Positions 1 through 5,508 of a DNA stretch of 8,167 nt are shown one piece after another. The stretch is from positions 1 to 8,167 of the forward strand of contig JALVPN010000224.1 of the NCBI GenBank assembly GCA_027031765.1, written 5' to 3'. Source of the stretch: Promethearchaeota archaeon. GTDB taxonomy: Archaea; Asgardarchaeota; Thorarchaeia; Thorarchaeales; Thorarchaeaceae. Position numbers and translations under genes: made by a program. The notes under the pieces are model-generated. The model was not told the DNA's origin and ran no database searches. It was given only the letters and a program-made list of their open reading frames with translations. Each line of letters starts with the position of its first letter. Positions within the stretch are counted from its first letter, which is position 1.

Positions 1-1761
1 ACGTATCTTGTGAATCATCTCAGTGCACTTGTCCACGGCATCGGCGGCCTCACGGAGATGGGCTGTGACTCCGGGGTTCGAACTCTTTGTCTGTGCTAGC
101 AAGACCGCTGTCAGTATGACCTGCAGCTGGTTCGTGATATCGTGTGTTAGCAGGTCCATGTATAGGTGTGAGATCTCGCATGCCGCTCTCGCCCACTCCT
201 CCGCCACCTTGCGGGCAGTGATATCCCTGAAGTTCCCCATGAGGCACTGGCGTCCGCCGAGAGTGATGGGTGTTGCCACGATGTCTGCATAGAATGTTGA
301 CCCGTCCTTCCTCATGACGGGGACTGCCTCGGCCAGTCTCAGCTCGCCCCGGGCCTGCTGCTCGAACAGGGTGAGGACGCGCTCCAACTCATCCTGCGGG
401 TGGATGTCCTCGATGCGGAGCGTCAGGGCCTCATCTAGAGAGTAACCGGTCATCTTGCAGAAGCTGGGGCTTGCCTCCACGGCCTCCCGCGTCCTCCTGT
501 CCACAATGAATATCCCATCGATGGCCGAGTTGAATATCGTACGGTACCGCTCCTCAGACTCGCGCAGGGCCTGTTCGGCACGCACCCGTTCGGTAATGTC
601 CCGTGCAATGGACACAATGCTCTTGCCGTCCTCATGCAGCGTGAACACCATCGTGAACCACCGCTGCTCACCACGTACCACATGCGAGTAGTCAAAGGAC
701 ACGGTTTCGCCAGCACGCACACGGGGTGCCAGTTCCAAGTACTTCTGGGCCATCTCGGGGGGCATCACCTCAGTGACGTGCCTCCCGATTGACTCCTCGA
801 TGGGCGCAATCAGCTTCTCAGGGTCTGACGTGTATATCTGTGAGAAACGGTCGTCCTTATCGTGTACGAATATCATGTCCTGCATCGAGTGCACAATGGT
901 CCTGTAGCGCTCCTCGCTCTGGCGCAACGCCTCCTCTGCCCGTTTCCTATCTGTGATGTCCTCACCAGATGTGAGCAGGCCAACAATCTCACCGTTGATG
1001 TCCCGCATCGGCTCTGTGTGCCAGACGACAGTACGTTCCTCACCACTCGCTGTCACAAGGGGGCGTTCGACATATTCCATACACGTCATCTCGCCAGAAA
1101 TGAGTCTGTGGAAGTTCTCCAGCGACTCTTGGAGGACATGCTTGGGAATGAAGTCGAACCAGTACCTCCCAATCAGTTCGTCCCTGTCAAGGCCCATGAG
1201 CTTACAGCCACGCGGGTTGACGTAGGTGACAATACCGTCCCGGTCAACGGCGAGTACAATGAACCACGAGAGCTCGAGGTACCGCTCGGCCATGTGCACC
1301 CTCTCCCTGAGCTCCTGTTCTCTAGCCCTGATAGCGGTCAGGTCGCTGAGCAGCACCATGACGTAGTCGCCAGGGATGTAGGACGACTCGAACACGAAGT
1401 GCAGGGCCTGCCCGCCGTCAGAGGGAATGTAGAGCTCCAACCGCTGCAGTGCATGTCGTCTGAGGACGGGGACAACGACTCGCCGCCACTCTGGGAACGT
1501 TGCGGTGGCAGCCTCGATGGAGGTGCCCACGGGAGGGCACACCGCTGGCGGCAGGAGTGTTCTTGCAGCAGCGTTGGCGAACACCAGCCCCACGCGCTCA
1601 CCGATACGGCGCCACACGAGCACCGGCCGGGCCATGGAATTGAGTACCGACACCGTGTTCAGTGACGACAGGTCTATCGTCGCACCATCGGGGGTACTAT
1701 CACGACCGCCATGTGCTCTGTTGGCCCTCGACTCTCTTGACTGGTACTGGTCGTCACTCAA
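1..1761 (-). CDS. Multi-PAS sensor histidine kinase, partial (C-terminal HATPase region and stop lie beyond the left edge)
   Basis: Hand translation of the minus strand gives a stop-free frame from 1866 to base 1. It holds a divergent N-terminal PAS-like region (SMARPVLVWRRIGERVGLVFANAAAR) and three clear PAS/PAC units (VLAVDRDGIVTYVNPRGCKLMG...DITDRK; SMQDMIFVHD...DITER; SAIDGIFIVD...SPSFCKMTGYS...DIHP...RKDGSTFYADI...DITARK). A HisKA H-box follows (YMDLLTHDITNQLQ, His codon 144-142). The start is uncertain: TTG 1761 (AAGGTGG upstream) is preferred; GTG 1800 and ATG 1635 are alternatives. Confidence 0.9.
   Translation of the reverse strand, partial: MSDDQYQSRESRANRAHGGRDSTPDGATIDLSSLNTVSVLNSMARPVLVWRRIGERVGLVFANAAARTLLPPAVCPPVGTSIEAATATFPEWRRVVVPVLRRHALQRLELYIPSDGGQALHFVFESSYIPGDYVMVLLSDLTAIRAREQELRERVHMAERYLELSWFIVLAVDRDGIVTYVNPRGCKLMGLDRDELIGRYWFDFIPKHVLQESLENFHRLISGEMTCMEYVERPLVTASGEERTVVWHTEPMRDINGEIVGLLTSGEDITDRKRAEEALRQSEERYRTIVHSMQDMIFVHDKDDRFSQIYTSDPEKLIAPIEESIGRHVTEVMPPEMAQKYLELAPRVRAGETVSFDYSHVVRGEQRWFTMVFTLHEDGKSIVSIARDITERVRAEQALRESEERYRTIFNSAIDGIFIVDRRTREAVEASPSFCKMTGYSLDEALTLRIEDIHPQDELERVLTLFEQQARGELRLAEAVPVMRKDGSTFYADIVATPITLGGRQCLMGNFRDITARKVAEEWARAACEISHLYMDLLTHDITNQLQVILTAVLLAQTKSSNPGVTAHLREAADAVDKCTEMIHKIR
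535..600 (-). repeat. PAS-PAS coiled linker, copy 2 (DITERVRAEQALRESEERYRTI)
   Basis: Partner of the 895-960 copy; typical PAC-to-PAS signalling helix. Confidence 0.8.
895..960 (-). repeat. PAS-PAS coiled linker, copy 1 (DITDRKRAEEALRQSEERYRTI)
   Basis: 18/22 aa identical to copy 2 at 535-600, exactly 360 bp away; 44/66 nt identical by hand alignment. Confidence 0.8.
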
Positions 1762-1830
1762 TACATGCCCACCTTGTCCAACTGGTTCCGGTGACTGCAC
1801 AGGACGATGACACCCCGGGGCCCGCCCCAG

Positions 1831-1842
1831 AGCAGGCCTGCT
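1831..1842. promoter_or_regulatory. Perfect 12-bp palindrome AGCAGGCCTGCT in the divergent intergenic region
   Basis: Read directly from the sequence; an operator role is unproven. Confidence 0.25.
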
Positions 1843-1855
1843 GCTCGCAACAGGG

Positions 1856-1861
1856 GATAAA
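1856..1861 (-). promoter_or_regulatory. Possible archaeal TATA-like box (TTTATC) for the kinase gene
   Basis: AT-rich island in a GC-rich intergenic region; the same hexamer occurs upstream of fhs (2602-2607). Position-based inference only. Confidence 0.3.
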
Positions 1862-1941
1862 GATACCTATTACGGAAGTCAGCAGTTGATGCCTGTTGCT
1901 ACCGGGTCGTGCGAATGTGTTGCCCATGGTTGATACGCAGA

Positions 1942-1960
1942 AGAGATACATGTAGTCTCT
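1942..1960. promoter_or_regulatory. Near-perfect palindrome AGAGA-TACATGTA-G-TCTCT, possible operator
   Basis: Read directly; lies 30 nt upstream of the TTG at 1991; one unpaired G. Confidence 0.3.
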
Positions 1961-1990
1961 GGTAAAGGGGCTACCACGGAGTGGACAGCT

Positions 1991-2533
1991 TTGAGGTTGC
2001 CAGAGAGAGATGCATTCCCACTCATTGAGAAGGAACTGCGGAAGAAAACGTTCGGTATCCTGACCGTGCTGGGCAGAGATGGACGGCCCCACTCGACGGG
2101 AATACTGTACGGTGTGGCCCCACCCGAGAAAGACTTTGCACTCTACATGGTAACATCACGCAAATATGCGAAGGCACGGTACGTCCAGTTGCACCCCGAT
2201 GTCTCCTTTGTCGTGACCTTCCCCCATAGGTTCCTGTCATCAATGCCTGCCGGGTACGTGATGCTCCGTGGCACTGCTGAGCTCAGGGGTTTGGACGACG
2301 AGGACGGCCAATGGGCGTTCCAACAGAGATGGATCTTGAGGAAGAACATGGAGATGGACGCGCTCGTAGAAGAGGCCGTATTCATTCGTATCGACCCGGA
2401 TCCTATAGTGTTCTGCTTCGGGGTCGGTGTGAGCCTGTTGAAGGTCATGCGTGACCCATCGGCCGGTGGCTACAAGGTGAGAGTGCCGGACGACCGGCTG
2501 CGTCATGCCCGTCGAGAAGAGTTATACGGGTGA
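1991..2533 (+). CDS. Pyridoxamine 5'-phosphate oxidase-like (FMN/F420-binding split beta-barrel) family protein
   Basis: 180-aa ORF with a TTG start. Family-like motifs: FGILTVLGRDGRPHSTGILY, K-x-R-x(5)-P-x-VS (KARYVQLHPDVSF) and LRGTAEL. Substrate not identifiable. Confidence 0.75.
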   Translation: MRLPERDAFPLIEKELRKKTFGILTVLGRDGRPHSTGILYGVAPPEKDFALYMVTSRKYAKARYVQLHPDVSFVVTFPHRFLSSMPAGYVMLRGTAELRGLDDEDGQWAFQQRWILRKNMEMDALVEEAVFIRIDPDPIVFCFGVGVSLLKVMRDPSAGGYKVRVPDDRLRHARREELYG

Positions 2534-2594
2534 ACGGCAGTGGGCACCAGCACGCTGACCGAGAACACAGCCGTACCCATACCAGAGCCCATAG

Positions 2595-2610
2595 AGCTTG
2601 GTTTATCAAC
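2595..2610 (+). promoter_or_regulatory. Putative archaeal promoter (TTTATCAA) for fhs
   Basis: AT-rich GGTTTATCAAC about 60 nt upstream of the ATG; SD-like GTGAGGA at 2659-2665. Confidence 0.4.
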
Positions 2611-2668
2611 AGATGCGGCAACGGACGGGACAGGGCTGCGTCACACTGGGCCCAAGCAGTGAGGAACC

Positions 2669-4264
2669 ATGAAGCCGATAACTGAGGTAGCCGGACATGC
2701 GGGGATACCAGAGAGGTATCTCGAACCATACGGGAAGTTCATTGCCAAGATAGACCTGTCACTGAAGGAGAGCCTTGGTGAGCGACAGGGGAAGCTCATA
2801 CTGGTCACCGCCACCACGCCCACTCCGGCCGGTGAGGGAAAGACCACGAACTCGATTGGCCTGTCGATGGCACTCAATGCCATGGGGCACAGGACTGTGG
2901 TCACGCTCAGGGAGCCCTCTCTTGGGCCGGTCTTTGGCGTCAAGGGCGGTGCAGCAGGTGGTGGTAGGTCGCAGGTCTTGCCAGCCGATAGGATCAACCT
3001 GCTGTTCACATCCGACTTCCCGGCCGTGTCGGCGGCGCACAACCTGCTGTCAGCCATGATTGACAACCACGTGCACCACGGCGACAGCCCCGGTATTGAT
3101 ATCCGTAGGATATATTGGCCTAGGACCGTCGACATGAACGACAGGGCACTGCGCCAGGTGGTGGTCGGCCTTGGTGGACGTAAGAACGGGTTCCCACGGG
3201 AGGACAGATTTGTCATCACGGCTGCATCAGAGGTGATGGCAGTACTGGCACTGGCACGCGACTACAGCGACCTCAGACGGAGGCTCGGCGACATACTGGT
3301 GGCCCGCAGGCACGACCTGACCGAAGTGCACGCAAGAGATCTGGGGGCCGATGGTGCAATGGCGGTGCTATTGCGTGACGCGCTGAAGCCCAACCTCGTC
3401 CAGACATCAGAGGGGACACCGGCACTGGTGCACACAGGCCCATTTGCGAACATTGCACACGGCACGAACTCGATTGTCGCAATCGACCTTGCACTACGGA
3501 TGTTCGACTACGTGGTGGTCGAGGCCGGTTTCGGTGCCGACCTGGGGGCCGAGAAGTTCATCAACATAGTGAGCAGGGCAGGCGAGTTCGATGTGGACGC
3601 CACTATGGTGGTCACCTCTCTGCGCGCCCTCAGACACCATGGTGATGGCGACCTTGAGAGGGGGTTCCCGAACCTCGACAAACACGTGGAGAACATGGAG
3701 GGCTTCGGCCTGCCAGTGGTGATAGCCCTCAACAGGTTCCCAGATGACACGGACGACGACATAGGGCGGCTCCGGAAACACTGCGAGGGGCAGGGATGGC
3801 GCTTTGCCGTCTCGGAGGTCTTCTCCAAGGGCAGTGAGGGTGGCAGGGAGATGGCCTCTGCAGTGCTCGATGCCCTTGAGACCCCGGCCCACATCAGCTA
3901 CACCTACGACCTGGACGACCCGCTCAAGACAAAGGTCGAGAAGATAGCACGGAGGGTCTACGGTGCTGATGGCGTGACCTACTCAGGCAGCGGGTCTGCA
4001 CAGCTGCGCTCCCTTACGAAGAGGGGCTACGGTGGCCTGCCCGTCTGCGTGGCAAAGACACCGTTCAGCCTCTCAGACAACAAGAGGCTCATTGGCCGCC
4101 CGACAGGGTTCAACGTGGACGTACGTGGTGCAGATGTGAGCGCCGGGGCCGGGTTCGTGATAGTATACATGGGCAATGTGAACCTGATGCCGGGACTGCC
4201 CGAGGAACCTGCGGCCCTGGGCATGGACGTGGGGCCCGATGGAGAGATAAGTGGCGTCTTCTGA
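2669..4264 (+). CDS. fhs: Formate--tetrahydrofolate ligase (FTHFS)
   Basis: 531 aa. Diagnostic motifs: PYGKxxAKI, P-loop TPTPAGEGKTT, LREPSLGPVFGVKGGAAGGG, GPFANIAHGTNS, EAGFGADLGAEKF, SAGAGF and C-terminal MPGLP. Confidence 0.98.
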   Translation: MKPITEVAGHAGIPERYLEPYGKFIAKIDLSLKESLGERQGKLILVTATTPTPAGEGKTTNSIGLSMALNAMGHRTVVTLREPSLGPVFGVKGGAAGGGRSQVLPADRINLLFTSDFPAVSAAHNLLSAMIDNHVHHGDSPGIDIRRIYWPRTVDMNDRALRQVVVGLGGRKNGFPREDRFVITAASEVMAVLALARDYSDLRRRLGDILVARRHDLTEVHARDLGADGAMAVLLRDALKPNLVQTSEGTPALVHTGPFANIAHGTNSIVAIDLALRMFDYVVVEAGFGADLGAEKFINIVSRAGEFDVDATMVVTSLRALRHHGDGDLERGFPNLDKHVENMEGFGLPVVIALNRFPDDTDDDIGRLRKHCEGQGWRFAVSEVFSKGSEGGREMASAVLDALETPAHISYTYDLDDPLKTKVEKIARRVYGADGVTYSGSGSAQLRSLTKRGYGGLPVCVAKTPFSLSDNKRLIGRPTGFNVDVRGADVSAGAGFVIVYMGNVNLMPGLPEEPAALGMDVGPDGEISGVF

Positions 4265-4274
4265 CACTGCGTCA

Positions 4275-4283
4275 GGGGAGGTG
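4275..4283 (+). promoter_or_regulatory. Shine-Dalgarno-like site (GGGGAGGTG) for folD
   Basis: Lies in the 20-nt fhs-folD gap; spacing to ATG 4285 is unusually short. Confidence 0.5.
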
Positions 4284-4284
4284 C

Positions 4285-5223
4285 ATGTACTTGGAGCTGG
4301 ACATCGGTCCGGAGGACTTCTGTGAGGACGGAGTGATAAAGGGCCGTCGCCTCGCCAAAATCATCCGGCGGGCGATAGCTGAGGAGGTCGAACGCCTGAC
4401 AAAGGAGCACGGGACACCCCCAAAGCTCGTGACGGTGCTTGTAGGTGAGGACCCCGGGTCAAAGATGTACGTACGCATGAAACACAAGGCATGTACCCGT
4501 GTCGGGATTGTCTCAGAGGGCTACACCCTGCCAGAGGAGACCTCGGAGGAGGAGCTGCTCGGCCTCATCAACGAACTGAACACAGACCCGTCTGTGAACG
4601 GCATCCTGGTCCAGTTACCACTCCCACGACACATAGACGAGGAGACCATCATAAGCGCAATAGACCCGGACAAGGACGTCGACGGCTTCTCGCCAAGGAA
4701 CATCTACAGACTCTTCTATAGCGGCGAGCTGCTCACATCCGCAACACCACAGGGCATCGTGACAATCCTGGACGCCCTCCGTGTTGACCTCGACGGCAAG
4801 CACGCAGTGATAGTCAACCGGTCGACCATAGTGGGCAAGCCCCTCGTCATGCTGCTCCTGAACCGCAACATCACGGTGACCGTGTGCCACTCGCACACAA
4901 AGGACCTCCCATCAATAACGCGTACCGCCGACATACTGGTAACTGCGGTCGGGAGGCGCAAGACCGAGGACGACCCGTTCTTCATAACTGCAGACATGGT
5001 GAAGGAGGGGGCGATTGTCATCGATGTCGCAACGCCCCATGGTGACTGTGACTTTGAGGCCGTGAAGGAGAAGGCGTCATTCATAACGCCAGTACCGGGT
5101 GGGGTCGGGCCCATGACCATCACAATGCTCCTCAAGAACGTGCTCGCAGCGTACTCGTTCCAGATGGCAAGGACAAATGTGCTGACCTCATACGCGGTGA
5201 GTTACGGCTCTTTCCCGAGCTGA
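4285..5223 (+). CDS. folD: Bifunctional 5,10-methylene-THF dehydrogenase / 5,10-methenyl-THF cyclohydrolase
   Basis: 312 aa. Motifs: YxxxK (YVRMK), GILVQLPLP, PDKDVDG, ATPxG, NRSTIVGKP, TVCHS, ITPVPGGVGPMT. An alternative GTG start at 4333 is possible. Confidence 0.97.
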   Translation: MYLELDIGPEDFCEDGVIKGRRLAKIIRRAIAEEVERLTKEHGTPPKLVTVLVGEDPGSKMYVRMKHKACTRVGIVSEGYTLPEETSEEELLGLINELNTDPSVNGILVQLPLPRHIDEETIISAIDPDKDVDGFSPRNIYRLFYSGELLTSATPQGIVTILDALRVDLDGKHAVIVNRSTIVGKPLVMLLLNRNITVTVCHSHTKDLPSITRTADILVTAVGRRKTEDDPFFITADMVKEGAIVIDVATPHGDCDFEAVKEKASFITPVPGGVGPMTITMLLKNVLAAYSFQMARTNVLTSYAVSYGSFPS

Positions 5224-5281
5224 GCTGGGCCATGCCAACCGGCATACGCACCGGCAATGGTACGTAGTGGGCGACATGACG

Positions 5282-5306
5282 CAGGACGTGGCAGCAGGTA
5301 CAGCAC
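5282..5306 (+). repeat. Imperfect direct repeat, copy 1 (CAGGACGTG-GC-AGCAGG-TACAG-CAC)
   Basis: Aligns with copy 2 at 5409-5434 in blocks of 9+6+5+3 identical nt separated by 1-2 nt indels. Confidence 0.55.
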
Positions 5307-5408
5307 GGTCACGATTTCAGGCAATAGGCGCTGACGGACGGGGCAGGAGGAGGGGACGACGTGGGCCCATGTGCATGGGCATGTGGACGGTACCGGGGTA
5401 GTCGGCGT

Positions 5409-5434
5409 CAGGACGTGAGCAGGCTACAGGGCAC
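5409..5434 (+). repeat. Imperfect direct repeat, copy 2 (CAGGACGTG-AGCAGG-C-TACAG-GG-CAC)
   Basis: Begins 127 bp after copy 1, within the folD-ftcd spacer. Confidence 0.55.
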
Positions 5435-5460
5435 TGCTGTCAGCATCACGGTGGGCAGGC

Positions 5461-5475
5461 CCAAACCCTTTTTTG
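5461..5475 (+). promoter_or_regulatory. CCAAACCCTTTTTTG: BRE/TATA-like promoter for ftcd, or a U-tract terminator
   Basis: T6 run at 5469-5474, the only T-run of 5 or more I saw in the window, 34 nt before the ftcd ATG and preceded by AAA. The two readings cannot be separated from sequence alone. Confidence 0.4.
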
Positions 5476-5497
5476 CAGGTTGTCCGCCGACCCGCGC

Positions 5498-5502
5498 GGT
5501 GA
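5498..5502 (+). promoter_or_regulatory. Shine-Dalgarno-like GGTGA for ftcd
   Basis: 6 nt upstream of ATG 5509; embedded in the inverted repeat CGCGG-TGA-CCGCG (5495-5507). Confidence 0.5.
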
Positions 5503-5508
5503 CCGCGA

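Noticed and set aside
71-90. tRNA T-loop-like GGTTCGAAC
   Set aside because: The flanks do not form a T-stem or cloverleaf, and the site lies inside the kinase coding frame.
216-1275. LOV (blue-light) identity for the Cys-containing PAS domains
   Set aside because: No GxNCRFLQ motif; the cysteines (NPRGCK, SPSFCK) are at ordinary PAS helix positions.
862-1665. 267-aa plus-strand ORF in the track
   Set aside because: Antisense shadow of the PAS kinase; no recognisable motifs, whereas the minus frame has clear PAS and HisKA signatures.
2534-2668. ZTP (pfl) or THF riboswitch upstream of fhs, or in the spacers before ftcd and the ABC gene
   Set aside because: Only fragments resemble the ZTP consensus (CUGGGC at 2646, GCCGACC at 5486, a GUGG...CCAC stem at 7211). 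The required GACUG(G/A)CG plus CG(C/U)CUGGGC arrangement is absent. An Infernal/Rfam scan would settle it.
2630-2668. Selenocysteine or read-through at the in-frame TGA (2660-2662) restoring a longer Fhs N-terminus
   Set aside because: The upstream frame reads LRHTGPKQ*GT, unlike the SDIEIAQ segment of FTHFS, and the region looks like an SD-containing leader.
4250-4300. Stop-codon read-through or frameshift producing an Fhs-FolD fusion
   Set aside because: Fhs ends at its normal C-terminus (ISGVF), folD is in a different frame with its own SD, and no slippery sequence is visible.
5232-5245. Intrinsic terminator after folD (ATGCC-AACC-GGCAT)
   Set aside because: Only a 5-bp stem with no following U-tract; too weak to call.
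5224-5508. CRISPR mini-array, MITE or small CDS (5361-5543) in the folD-ftcd spacer
   Set aside because: There are only two degenerate repeat copies with indels, no cas genes, and no terminal inverted repeats or target duplication. The 60-aa ORF overlaps the ftcd start out of frame and has no motifs.
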